Shown here in pieces: positions 36,886 through 50,177 of a stretch of 64,000 bases of DNA (its first letter is position 1; each line of letters opens with the position of its first letter). The stretch is from positions 23,312,001 to 23,376,000 of the forward strand of contig NC_091994.1 in the NCBI RefSeq assembly GCF_044704955.1, in the 5' to 3' direction. Made by a program: the position numbers and the translations under genes. Source of the DNA: Pristiophorus japonicus. Taxonomy: Eukaryota. The notes under the pieces are model-generated. The model did not search any database. It was not told the DNA's origin and worked only from the letters and a program-made list of their open reading frames with translations.

Positions 36886-37227
36886 GAATTTTTAATTCTC
36901 GCAAATTGTTGTGCGACACAATTTTTTAATAGTGTTAAAATAAAAAGTGCTGTTTAATATCAGGAAATTTGGGACTCTACCCCAGTTATATTTGCTGATT
37001 TAATTCTGGTTTTGAAAATAACCTGGTAAATTTGAAACTTGCCTGTGGAACTGTTAGTTTGCTGTAATTACTGTTGACTGAATAAAATGCAGGTTAATCC
37101 TGCTACAGTAGAAAATTGAAACCTATGCTATCTCTCCAACATAGATATATTTTTATGGTTGTATAGTTAATTGATAGACACAAGGTATACCTGACCGCTC
37201 TGTGATAATTCCATTTCAATGCTGCAG

Positions 37228-37351
37228 GCTTTGAGTGAAGAGAAGACCGTGTATCAACGAAGTACCAGTAGAACAGTGTACCTGAATGTGGCTGTAAATA
37301 CCTTAAAGAAGTTGAGGAGTCAAAATTATACCATGCCATCACCTACAAATA
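37228..37351 (+). CDS. REXO1: REXO1 exon 7 ([30 protein letters not shown]...)
   Basis: tgcAG acceptor, GTATG donor at 37352; 124 nt, phase 0/1; [13 protein letters not shown] matches REXO1. Confidence 0.92.
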
Positions 37352-37619
37352 GTATGTTGCTATATGATACTTATCAGTTTGCTTACCATCAAGTTAAAAT
37401 ATTTTTTTCTTACCAGTGTTCTCCCCTTCCCCTTCCCTCCTGAAGGCATTGATGCTTAGTAAGGTATGGTTTCACTGGCGCCTTCTGGTAACTTGTCCAA
37501 GTGTCTGTTCACATCGGAGCCTCTGCGGTGAGTCTTTTGCCTATTTGACATTAGGGGAGCATTATCCGCCCAATCTTGTCGTCTTATGGCATCCACAAGC
37601 GCATTTGAACAGCAACTTA

Positions 37620-38204
37620 CATAGAAACATAGAAAATAGGTGCAGGAGCAGGCTATTCAGCCCTTCTAACCTGCACCGCCATTCAATGAGTTCATGGCTG
37701 AACATGAAACTTCAGTACCCCCTTCCTGCTTTCTCGCCATACCCCTTGATCCCCCGAGTAGTAAGGACTTCATCTAACTCCCTTTTGAATATATTTAGTG
37801 AATTGGCCTCGACTACTTTCTGTGGTAGAGAATTCCACAAGTTCACCACTCTGGGTGAAGAAGTTTCTCCTCATCTCGGTCCTAAATGGCTTACCCCTTA
37901 TCTTTGGACTGTGACCCCTGGTTCTGGACTTCCCCAACATTGGGAACATTCTTCCTGCATCTAAACCCGTCAGAATTTTAAACGTTTCTATGAGGTCCCC
38001 TCTCATTCTTCTGAACTCCAGTGAATACAAGCCCAGTTGATCCAGTCTTTCTTGATAGGTCCCACCATCCCAGGAATCAGTCTGGTGAATCTTCGCTGCA
38101 CTCCCTCAATAGCAAGAATATCCGTCCTCAAGTTAGGAGACCAAAACTGTACACAGTACTCCAGGTGTGGCCTCACCAAGGCCCTGTACAACTGTAGCAA
38201 CACT
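37620..38204 (-). mobile_element. 5'-truncated CR1 LINE, inserted into the 3' tail of an L2
   Basis: catagaaacatagaaaataggtgcagg tail; [21 protein letters not shown]; splits the L2 tail aacaactt|catttat. Confidence 0.9.
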
Positions 38205-40735
38205 TCCATTTATTTAGTGCCTATAATGTAGAAAAATGTTGTAAGGCATTTCATAGAGATGTAATCAGACAAAAATGGAAGCTGAACCAAAGGAATTATT
38301 AGATGATGTGACCAAAACCTTGGTCAAATAGGTGGGTTTTTAAGGAGGGTTTTAAAGGGGGAGACTGAGGTGGAGAGGTTTAGGGAGAGAATTCCAGAAC
38401 ACGGGCCTGGACAGCTAAAGGCCAATGATGGAGCAAAGGGAGGAGGAGGCACAAGGCTGGAATCATGGGAACGGAGAGTTCTGGGAGATGGGGGAGGTGG
38501 GGGTCTTTATAGGCAGGAGGAAGTTACAGAGAAGGGGAGGGACAAGGCCATGAAGGGATTTGAAAACAAGGATGAGAATTTTGAACTGGGAGTCAATGTA
38601 GTTCCGTAAGGATATGAGTGATTGGTGAGTAGCAATACATGCAGGATAGGATACAGGCAGCAGAGTTTTGGGTGAAGTGAAATTTGAAGAGCATAGAAGA
38701 TGAGAGGCTGGCCAGCAGAACATTGAATAGTCGAGTCTGATGATGAGACAGGCATGGATGAGTTTCAGTAGCAGATGAGCTGAGGTAGGGAGATGGTAGT
38801 CAGACAGCCTTTTGTGATGGAGAGGATATGGGGTTGGATGTTCAGCTTGGAGTTGAATAGGGCGTGGTGGTTGTGAACAGTCTGGTTCAGCCTGAGACAG
38901 TGGCTAAGGTATGGAGTTCGTGGTGGGGATTGAAGACAATGGCTTCCGTCTTCCCAATGTTTAACTGGGTGACTGGAGGTCAGGGAAGCAGTATGACAGC
39001 ACTGAGGCAGTTACGGTGTCGTGACAAGTGGTGGATAGGTAGAGCTGGATATGATCAGCGTACATATGGAAGCTGATCCTATGTCTTTGGATGACCATCA
39101 AGGGGCAGCATGTAAATGAGGGGGCTAAGAAAACATTTTTGGAGGATTCCAGAGGTAATGATGTGGGGGCAGGAAGAGATACCCTGCTGGAGATACTCTG
39201 ACAATAATTGGAGAAATAAGTGTTGCACCAAGCAAGGGCTGTCCCAGTGAGCTGGACAGCAGAGGAGAGGCATTGGAGGAGAAAAGCCTGGTTAATTTTC
39301 TCAAAGGTCGAGGAGGGCAAAGAGAGCAAATTAAACTAGTCATTTCTGACTTTGATTACTGTTGATTTGGTGCTATGGTAGCGGCAGAAACCTGATTGGC
39401 GAGATTTAGACAGGGAGTTACCGGAAAGGTGGGCACTGATTTTGGAGTCAACAACACAGTCAAGGACATTTGGAGAGGAACGGGAGATTGGAGATAGGGT
39501 GGTAGCTGTAAAGACAATAGGGTTGATGGTGTGTTTTTTGAGGGCGGTGATGATGGAATTGAAAGGGAATGGAACAGTAGCGGAGAAGAGGGAACCATTT
39601 ACAATGTTAAGCTAGGAAGGGAAGTTGGGTGGTCAGCTGTTTAGTGGGAAAGGGGTCAAGGGAGCAGGAGGTGAGTCTCGTCGACAAGATAAGCCTAAAG
39701 AGGACACGAGGTGAGAAACTAAAGAAAGATGTGAGATCAGGGCTAGGGCAAAGGAGAACCTGGGAGGCCATTTGGTTTGGTGGGCAACTGAAAATGTTGG
39801 GCAATAGCAGAGATAGCTGAACGAATGATCTCAATTTTAGGTGACGAAGAAGTCTGAGCTCCCCCTTTTTGGAGATGAGCAGAAGGGCTGAGTTGTTAAG
39901 TGATGGTGAGTGAGGCCTGAAGGTGTTTGATATCAATCAGATCTGGTGATGGATGGCTAAACCGGTTGTGCAACAGACACTGAAGTCTGCACCACTTGTA
40001 CTTGAGGTGAATGACTAAGATAGGGAAAGGTTTTGCTGGGGACAGGGCCATCAAAGGTAGATATAAGGCAATGGATGGAAGGACCAAAGCTTGGTATTGG
40101 GCAGCTTGAAAATGCAATTGGAAGTGCCATGGGAGAATATTTCTACCAGGTTAAGACTTAGAAGAATGTGGGATTTGGGTGGTGAGGGATACAAGGAAGT
40201 GATCAGAGATGGCTTTGTCATTGGTTAAGACAATGAAAATGGAGGGGTTATGTGAGATGGCAATATCGAAGGGTAAGAGAATGTTAGGGGTGTTTATATG
40301 GAGGGACTGGTTTATAAAGGACGGGAGGTCCGTGAAATCAGAGGAGCGAAGGCAAAGTGAGTTGAGATGGTGATTGAAATCACCAAGAATGAGGAGTCAC
40401 GCAGTACAAAGGCTGAAGGAGGAAAGGAGAGAGGACGTCTCAGGAGAACTTCAGGATGGAACTTGGAGGGTATTAGAAAATGAGAATTTTGAAAGAGATA
40501 AGAGTGGAACCAGGTGAGGTGTTTGAAGGAAGAGAAGTTGCCAGATGAACAGGGAGGGATGACTGTGTGATTCAGTGATACTGGCCGAACCGCCACTGTG
40601 GGCAGGGAAATTGACGGAAACTATAGTCGGGTGGGGTGGCCTCAGTATGTAGAGAGGGGCAGTGATTGTTGATCTGGTAGAATCTAAGGGGGCAGTGATG
40701 GGTGCCAACAGAAATTGCTGGAGAAACCATGTTAC
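38205..40735 (-). mobile_element. L2 LINE, ~2.5 kb, degenerate ORF2
   Basis: Minus-strand peptides IDSQFKILILVFKSLHGLVP, FHMYADHIQLYLS, GTALAW, SCSLDPFPTKQL and endonuclease remnants. Confidence 0.82.
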
Positions 40736-40769
40736 AGGTTGAGCTTTTTCCCAAAACTCTTCTTTAAAT

Positions 40770-40885
40770 GCACGTCACGACAGCACTAGCAAACCCTCCC
40801 GTGGGTATACTGGTCCCGGCTCTGTTGAGGTGCAACCCGTCCAGCTTGTACAGTCCCTACCTCCCCCAGAAACAGTTTCAATGCC
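40770..40885 (-). mobile_element. Isolated CR1 ORF1 (SGNH esterase) fragment
   Basis: Reverse complement resembles 9560-9655 (DGLHLN...FASAV). Confidence 0.6.
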
Positions 40886-42053
40886 TCAGCAATTGCAGTG
40901 TATTGGTCACTGAAGAACAGATGGTACGTCCAACACATTCTCTCTTCAACTTGAAAGGTTCCAGACATATGCTTATCGGCTAAATCTACTTGGTCAAATT
41001 TATTTGCAAGTGAAATAATAGAAAAGGAGAAAAGGCATAGCAAGCTATTGATGTAGTACGCTGGTCAATCTTGCACAATATTTGAGTTACTTAAAACAAG
41101 AAAATGTGTAAATTTCTGTGCCAACAAACTATAGATTCTGTGACAAGTCTGCCAGCGGAGTTAAATATTTGCTCTATTGAAAAGCTGGTTGCTTTTGTCT
41201 TGAAAAATTGGGCATTGGGTATTTGTGCAAGTGTAACATTGGTGTAAAGCGGTTTGGCTCGTCAGCGCTGTAGTTTCTGCCTGAATCTGGCTTCAGGGTC
41301 CAACCCGAGATGTGGGAGGAAGCTGAATGAGATTCCATGGCGGACATAATCCCAGTCTGCTTCATATCAGAGTAATATTGAGCTTGAGCACTTGATTCAT
41401 ACTGCACCCATTTAGCGTTGCAAAGTGGAAACCAAATACTGAACATGTGCAATATGAATGCAGCCTCCAGCTGTTTATAAACAATTTACTATGCTTATCT
41501 TCTGAGTACCCATCTGCTGCTTAGCTGTTTACACAGACAGCTAAGTGTTTAGTAGATGGGTGTTCTAAATTTTTATGCTTTCCACATTTGGCTTGCTAAA
41601 CTGACGAGAGTTTTTGCGAAGTCCAAATTCATTAAAGAGCCGAGTTCAGTGGATTTATATAATCCGTGCTTCACACTTTGCACCCTTCAGTTAGAGGTGA
41701 AGTATATGAAGTGTGAAATGCACGGAATTAGTAAATGGCAAATCAACAGAAGTTGTAAAATTGTTGTTGATACAACAAGCGTTGGTTCTGATGCAGTTAC
41801 AATAGAGAAAACTGTTGTAAAGAAAACCAAAGAAACAAATTAACTCATAGAAATTTACAGCATGGAAGGGGGCCATTTCGGCCCATCGTGTCCATGCCGA
41901 TGATAGAGGCAAAGTTCCTCAGCCATAGAATCATCATGGATTAAGGGCTCTGGGTATAGTTTATGCTCCCTCCTAGAATGATGCTGTTAGGAGTACTCAA
42001 AGGGTTGTGGTTAATCCTAATTTTAACTACTGACTATGTGTATTCACTCTCAG

Positions 42054-42179
42054 AGACTGCTATTGTAACTACAAACAAGAAAGTGCAGTCACATGAAACA
42101 TTGCTTGGGGGAAGGTTGGCCATGAAGACAAGTTACACTCTAAATAGATCTGGAAAGCAACAGGATGTTGAATTGAAGG
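42054..42179 (+). CDS. REXO1: REXO1 exon 8 (KTAIV...SHETLLGGRLAMKTSYTLNR...LK)
   Basis: ctctcAG acceptor, GTAAGT donor at 42180; 126 nt, phase 1/1; SHE..LGGRLA.KTS motif. Confidence 0.92.
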
Positions 42180-44319
42180 GTAAGTGAAGGTTTCTGTTTG
42201 TGATCATCAATCGGAACACATTGGTCAGTCTGTGTGGTTTCTAAGTCAAAATGTAAAGGCGGAAAATTTGGTGCCTGCCAGACTCTGATCATTTTTTATC
42301 TGTTCTTGATCAAACTTCGAAGAAGGAACCTGTGGGTCATGTGATGATATAGTGCATTGGAACTTCCAATGTGCTGTGCCGATGATTCTCAGTGGATTGC
42401 TGATCTTGGCCATGATGTTGGTGAGCTACTGAATGGAGGCCAGGTACTTCTCACCAGCAAGAGAAGTGTATGCACTCTTATCGGGCAAAAATAAACCTTC
42501 ACACGATGACCGATTTCCACATCTGGCTGACCCAAGTAATAAGTATCTTCTTGGTCTGTATGATTCAGTGCCATATCAGACAGTGCATTACAGACTGAGC
42601 AATTGGGAAGGTGGGCTTTAGTAATTTAGAAAGGAAAGATTGTCTTCAGAAATAAAATGTCTCTGGAATTAAAAAAAATATAGCTATTTCAAATCTCCCT
42701 GCTATTTTTATGGTAAGCATTCTTAAAGGTCTTGGTGCACAAAGAAAATATTGTGATCAGTGATGACTTGCATCTTGCATGCAATATTGACAACTGCCAG
42801 CAGTGTTTGTCACTTGTTGCATGTCTGCACTGTAGACCGTCTGAAAACAGATGACTCTCTGGCAGTTTGAAGTGTCCAGTGAAAGCTTCATGCTGTGGTA
42901 ATCTTTATAGTTCTAAGGAAAGAGCTATCCCTGTTCTAGATGTCTCCAGGTCATCTTACGACAATCTGTCTCTTTTGAAGGGGAGCTGGCAAAGCCTCGT
43001 GGTCTCTGACATGTAAAAATAAAAAAAATTTGCAAATGCTGGAAAAATAAAATAAAAACAGCTAGTTAGGAAGAATCTGTAAGGGAAAAGGCATGTTACA
43101 TTTTGGGTTCTCCTATGACACATTGAGGTACATGTGTAAGGGGTTATGGGGAATGGGCGGGGAAGTGGTGCTGAGGCCATGATCAGATCAGCCATGACCT
43201 TACTGAAGGGCTGTATGGCCTATTCCTCCTATTTCTTATGTTCTCTATAGATAGCAGTCTTGAGGTAGTGAAGAGTTCAAATAATGCTTCAGGTTGTCAG
43301 TTCCCCTGTCCTTGTTGGCTCCTTCATGAACTCTTCTTGATCTAAATCATGTACTTAATTGGCTGTACGGTGCTTTGAGTTGTCCGGTGATTGTGAAAGG
43401 TGCTATATAAATCCAAGTCTTTCTTTAGTATGTTTGGAACCCTTAAAAGAATGCCCACCTTCACCAATTTTTTTGCTGCAATTTAAATCTCAGCAGCTGC
43501 AAGAATAATAAAGGAAAGTATTAGTAAAAAATCCAAAACAAGAATAATGGTGAACTATCCAGCAAAACCAACTAATGCATGGAGCAAAATATATTTGCGA
43601 ACAGTAACTGCAACTATTCCTCCTCCTGTAAGAAGCCTATTTGCGTAGTCCAGGTTCCGGGACACTCGTGCCCATTTTGTATGGGGAAGCTCTGGGTGGA
43701 CCCTTAGCCAAAATCGTGAAATTTGTTGTAGGATATCATTGTAGTAATTTCTTTAGATAAATGAGGCTCTCTTGTAGCGCAGCCTCAATGTGCCCCCAGC
43801 GTCTCCAAACAAAAAATGGGTGTGGGGCATAAAATTTGTTCTACCAACAGAACCTTGTAAAATATACATATTTATTTAAACAGCAAATTTTTGGATCTAT
43901 ATTTTGGGTGAAGTTTGTGTGGGGAAAATATCAGGGCTAGGTTGCTTTTACATTTAGGCACTTTTGCATCAAGAGCTTTAAATTCAGATGTAGGATTGGT
44001 ATGGTGCAGAAAGCTCCCACTGCATTTGCCCCAATAATGTGCCTGAACCAAAACCTTACAACAGCTCTCTGTTGCATCAGTGTAGCATTTCAATTTTGAA
44101 TGAAGCTATCAATTTACTGAAGAATTATGATCAGTTTTGTGCTGTGTATTTCCATGCACTGGGAAGAGGTTCTAGACGGTCGAAACTAACTTCATTACAG
44201 TTGTGGAGGAGAGTAGATTTTTACCAATCAATTTGGGCTAGATTCAAACTTAGATCCTAAAAATGAAATGATTACTCTGCAACCAGTCCCAAATATGATG
44301 AAAGTTTGTTTCACTACAG

Positions 44320-44460
44320 GTGCTGCACTATACAGAAAGCTGAGTGAGTATATTTTAACTGAAGAACAATTGCAAGAAAATTGCTACCCAAGGCCCCATC
44401 CAGAGAAGTCGGGTGTTGCAGTGGTTTTTAATCAGGATGAGAAAAAGAATAACACGGACC
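44320..44460 (+). CDS. REXO1: REXO1 exon 9 (GAALYRKLSEYILTEEQLQENCYPRPHPEK...)
   Basis: tacAG acceptor, GTAAGT donor at 44461; 141 nt, phase 1/1. Confidence 0.92.
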
Positions 44461-45989
44461 GTAAGTAAATGTATACCCCTGATAAGTTTTTTTTTAAACT
44501 AAGAGGGTCCAACGGATTTATGGTCATGGAGTACTTCTTTCAGTTACCTTTTAATTTTTCCAAACTGAAAATTGAAGTTTCCTTAATAACTAAAGCAGCC
44601 AATTCTGAGTTGTAACGCCACTAAAATAACTTCTGTTGTCAATGGCCAAATGAAACTTAGTGCAAGAATTTTGAAATCACAGTAAATTTCCCTTGCCAAT
44701 CTTGCAAGCTAGAGTTTTCACCCTTGACTGTAAAACTCAGTTGCAATTTAAAAGTTTTTAATTGCCTGAAATAATACTCCGTTCATTGCATTGTCTAAAA
44801 TCTTAGATTTGATTTTTTTTTTTGTTGGTTTTCTCTCCTTCACGTTCTTTGATGATGACTCTTTGCCAGAGCAGCTTTTTAGAATCGAACTTTCCAAACT
44901 TGTCTCACTGGAAGAATGCCATTATTTAAGCAACAGCAGATGCCTATTGTGGTCCAAGACCTTGCTTAAGTGAGAATTCTTTGTGTGCGATCCTGAACCT
45001 AGTTTTTTTTTCCTCAGTGGGCTGTTTGAAGGCTCCTGGGCTATATATGTAAAGTTGGAATCCTCTAGTTAAGTTGCATATATATCAAGTTGCTGATATT
45101 AACAGTTCTAGGTGCTCTGACACAATTTATCTATCAATGAACTAATCTTTTCCAAACTTCCAGGCCCCAAAATTCAAATGGGGCAAATCCAGTAATGAAG
45201 AAATGTGTCACTAGAACCAAGTTGCATGGACTTTGAGCTGGATTGACTGGGCTCCTTGTGGTTCACAAGCCACAGTTTGGACATCCCTGGTCTAGCGGGT
45301 GAGGCCTGAAGTTCCTGCTAGGGGAAATGCACTTGACACTCCTGGTTTTGTCAGAAGTTGCACCTAGTTTTCGCACAAACTCGTTTGCGTTAAATCTGAA
45401 CGTAAAATCTCCCATGAATCCGTTCAATCGAGCAGCGTAATCGAAGGTAATTGATTTATTGAAACGTGGCCAGTGGGGCCTCAAAATTACTGAATTAAAC
45501 CAATTTAAACTGAATGTGTTCAATTGATTGAATTTGAACTCATTTAAATTAATTTAAAGTAATTGTAGCATCAATATGAGAAACCGACCTGAGTGAGGCT
45601 TCTGGTGGTCACTGCAGGTCATTAACAATGGGTTCATGTAACCGGCGCGCCTGAATCTCTGGGTGCAGTGTGCTGAACACCCCCAAATGGCTGTAATCCC
45701 TGTGGAAACTCACCATGCTGACCTGTGAATGTGACCAGTTTTCTAGGCAGGCACTGCTTCCAGCGAATTGATTTTTGAACCAGCGTAATTCGCAGCAGTT
45801 CAAGCGTAAGTGGTTATGGGCTTGAGTTTTAAATTCCACGATCTTTTATACTATTTCAGTCGATTCCACCCAGATTGCACTGATATTTGGAAGGAAAGTG
45901 TGCAGAAACCCCAGGGCTGAATCTTGGCGGACTATCCAACTGGGGAGGCATCAGAACCGAGCCTACACTTATTGTCACCAGACAGTCCA

Positions 45990-46805
45990 TTGAGTCTACA
46001 GCACAGAAACAGGCCATTCGACCTAACTGGTCTATGCGCTGTTTATATTGGACATGAACCTCTCTTTGTCTAGCCCTATCAGCGTACCCATCTATTCTTT
46101 TCTCCCTCATGTGCCTATCTACCTTTCCCTTAATTGCATCTATGCTATTTGCTTCAACTGCTCCTCATGGTAGCGAATTCCACATTCTTACCATTCTTTG
46201 GGTAAAGAAGTTTCTCCAGAATTCCCTTTTTTTTTTTATTCGTGACTATCTTATTTATGGCCCTAGTTTTTGAATCCCCTACAAGTGGAAACATTTTCTC
46301 GACATCTCCCCAATCAAACCCTTTCATCATTTTAAGACCTTTATCAGGTCACCTTTCCACCTTTTGCTTTTCCAGAAAAAGAACCACAGCCTGTTCAGTC
46401 TTTTCTGTTGGGTATAACCTCTCTGTTCTGGTATCATCTTTTTGCACCTTCTCTAATGCTTCTATATCCTTTTTATATTATGGAGACCAGAACGGTACAT
46501 AGTTCTCCATGTGATCTAACCAAGGTTCTGTACAAGTTTAAGATGACTTCTCTGCTTTTCAATCCTATCCCTCTTGGAATAAACCCCAGGTTCGATTTTT
46601 TTTTTTTATAGCCTTATTAACCTGCGTCACTGTTTTTAATGATTTGTGTACCTGTACCCGGATCCCTTTGCTCCTCGACCCCATTTAGACTCTTATTATC
46701 CAAGCACTGTGTGGCCTCCTTATTCTTCCTACCAAAATGCACCACCTCACATGAGTCTATATTGAAATGAATTTGCCAATTAAACGCCCATTCTGCAAGT
46801 TTATT
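45990..46805 (-). mobile_element. Older CR1 3' fragment
   Basis: Minus-strand LAEWAFNWQIHFNIDSCEVVHFGRKN; tail acagcacagaaacaggccattcg. Confidence 0.8.
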
Positions 46806-46901
46806 CACGCATTCCTTTCCAGCGTGGGTTGTTGGATAGTGATCAGGAGATAAAATTTCCAGGCTGATGTTCACTGTCCTGGCCAACTTGTAACCCCTCT
46901 A

Positions 46902-49095
46902 GAAACACAGAAACATAGAAAATGGGTGCAGGAGCAGGCCATTCGGCCCTTCGAGCCTGCATCACAATTCAATATGATCATGGCTGATCATGCAACTTCA
47001 GTACCCCACTCCTGCCTTCTCTCCATACCACCTGATCCCTTTAGCCGTAAGGGCCACATCTAACTCCCTTTTTGAATATATCCAATGAACTGGACTCAAC
47101 AACTTTCTGCGGTATAGAATTCCACAGGTTCACAATTCTCTGGGTGAAAAAGTTCCTCATCATCTCGGTCCTATATGGCTTACCCCTTATCCTTAGACTG
47201 TGACCCCTGGTTCTGGACTTCCCCAATATCAGGAACATTCTTCCTGTATCTAACCTGCCCAATCCCATCAGAATTTGATATGCTTGTATGAGATCCCCTC
47301 TCATTCTTCTAAATTCCAGTGAATAAGCGCCTAGTTGATCCAGTCTTTCTTCATATGTCAGTCCTGCCATCCCAGGAATCAGTCTGGTGAACCTTCGCTG
47401 CACTCCCTCAATAGCAAGAATGTCCTTCCTCAGGTTAGGAGACCAAAACTGCACACAATACTCAAGGTGTGGTCTCACCAAGGCCCTGTACAACTGCAGC
47501 AAGACCCCCTCTGCTCCTACACTCAAATCCTCTCGCTATGAAGGCCAACATGCCATTTGATTTCTTTACTGCCTGCTGTACCTGCATGCCTACTTTCAAC
47601 GACTGATGTATCATGACACCCAGGTCTCGTTGCACCTCTCCTTTCCCGAATCTGCTGCCATTCAGATAATATTCTGCCTTCCTGTTTTTGCCACCAAATT
47701 GGATAACCTCACACTTATCCACATTATACTGCATCTGCCATGCATTTGCCCACTCACCTAACCTGTCCAAGTCACCCTGCAGCCTCTTGGCATCCTCCTC
47801 ATAAACTCATACTGCCACCCAGCTTAGTGTCATCTCCAAACTTGGAGATATTACATTCAATTCCTTCGTCTAAATCATTAATATATATTGTAAACAGCTG
47901 GGGTGCCAGCACTGAACTTTGCGGTACCCCACTAGGTCGCTGCCTGCCATTTTGAAAAGGACCCGTTTATTCCCAATCTTTGCTTCCTGTTTGCCAACCA
48001 GTTCTCTATCCATGTCAATACATTACCCCCAATCCCATGTGCCTTAATTTTGCACACTAATCTCTTGTGTGGGACCTTGTCAAAAGCCTTTTGAAAGTCC
48101 AAATACACCACATCCACTGGTTCTCCCTTATTCACTCTACTAGTTACATCCTCAAAACATTCTAAAAGGTTTGTTGAGCATGATTTCCCTTTCATAAATC
48201 CATGCTGACTTGGACCAATCCTGTCACTGCTTTCCAAATGCGCTGCTATTACCTCTTTACTATTTGATTCCAGCATTTTCCCCACTACCGATGTCAGGCT
48301 AATCGGTCTATAATTCCCTGTTTTTTCTCTTCCCTCCTTTTTTAAAAAGTTGGGTTACATTAGCTACCCTCCAATCCATAGGAACTGATCCAGAGTCCAT
48401 GGAATGTTGGAAAATGACCGCCATTGCATCTACTATTTCTAGGGCCACTTCCTTAAGTACTCGAGGATGCAGACTATCAGGCCCTGGGGATTTATCAGCC
48501 TTCAATCCCATCAATTTCCCTAACACAATTTCCCGCCTAATAAGGATATCTTTCAGTTCCTCATTCTCACTAGACCCTCGGTCCCCTAGTATTTTCGGGA
48601 GGTTATTCGTGTCTTCCTTAGTGAAGACAGAACCAGAGTATTTGTTCAATTGGTCTGCCATTTCCTTGTTCCCCATTATGAATTCACCTGATTCTGACTG
48701 CAAGGGACCTATATTAGTCTTCAATAATCTTTTTCTCTTCATATATCTATAGAAGCTTTTGCAGTCAGTTTCTATGTTCCCTGTAAGCTTAACATTCGTA
48801 CTCCTCTTTTCCCCCTCCTAATTAAACCCTTAGTCGTCCTCCTGCTGAATTCTAAATTTCTCCTAGTCCTCAGGTTTGCTGCTTTTTCTGGCCAATTTAT
48901 ATGCCTCTTCCTTGGATTTAACACTATCCCTAATTTCCCTTGTTAGCCATGGCTGAGCCACCTTCCCCGTTTTATTTTTACCCCAGACATGGATATACAA
49001 TTGTTGTAGTTCATCCATGTGATCTTTAAATGTCTGCCATTGCCGATCTATCGTCAGCCCTTTAAGTATCATTTGCCTGTCTATCCCAGCCAATT
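46902..49095 (-). mobile_element. 5'-truncated CR1 LINE (2.2 kb) with ctcta TSD
   Basis: ORF2 motifs collinear with 10560-12716; ctcta at 46897-46901 and 49096-49100. Confidence 0.92.
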
Positions 49096-50177
49096 CTCTA
49101 CTGCTGCCATAGCTTAGATTGGCTAATTTAGCTGCTCACTGCCTCAACCAGCTGAGCTATCTGACTTGATTGAGCACTTGGACTTGATGAGCTCTAAGGC
49201 TTAATACAGCGGTGCAAGATTAATTGCCTTCTAAAGTTTGACAAAGTAAGGTTTTGTAGTCAGAAATTATGTATAGTTTTTTAATAGATATCAAAAAGTA
49301 AATGGTGCTTTCAAACATTTTTTTTTTAAAACAGAATTCTTTGATTAAAAATGAGTCTTGTGTGCTCTGGGCAAATATAAATTCTAAAGTCCTTTATGGT
49401 TTCATTTTATGACCAACCATTTGAGAGATATATTTGCAGAATGCCATTTGTAACCAAGCATCAAGTTTCACACATGTTCCCTAAAAACAAGGGACTAAAT
49501 TATCTTATTAATAGTCTTGAGGGTTGAGTAAATTATTTACAATATGACTAAACAAATGAACAATTAATAGTAAGGACTATCAATTGTAAGGCTGCATTTT
49601 ATAGCCAAATACTGAACAGTGATATCTATTTGGAAGAAAGTGACAAAATCAGACATTTTAAATGAATGTTCTAGGTTGTAGCTTAAGATATAAAGAAATC
49701 AAACTTACTGGTATTGAAAATACAATTCATAATTTCTTTGTGTGTAGAATCCTGTGCAGTGGGCTGCCATCATTACTTCTGTCTGCTCTAAATTTGATAA
49801 ATCAAGATCCAGGTGATGCGGTAGTGGCTTGTAACTGTTTCTCTGGCTGAGATGTGGGCATTAGTTGCAAAATGTTGGCAAATTAACTGTGGTTATTTTG
49901 AAGGAAAAATTGTGAAGAAGCATGAAAAGTTGTATTACCTATTGTAGATATGTTTTATCTTGGGTGCAGCAGATGAGATCACTTCACAAAAGTAATGATT
50001 TGTATCAGCACCCCATCTCTTCAAATTGTAATTTTCTGTCTGCCTAGAGAATGTAGATTACTTAACCATTGGAGATGCTGGTGGTGCTGCCTTATTGATC
50101 AAAATGTTGCCACCCCTCATTGTATAGACTGACATATTGTACAGTTGTTACAATTCAAAGACAAATAATACACTAAA

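Noticed and set aside
45145-45845. Possible hAT MITE end (cagtttggacatccctg) and an adjacent Harbinger-like MITE
   Set aside because: Matching opposite TIRs and TSDs could not be established.
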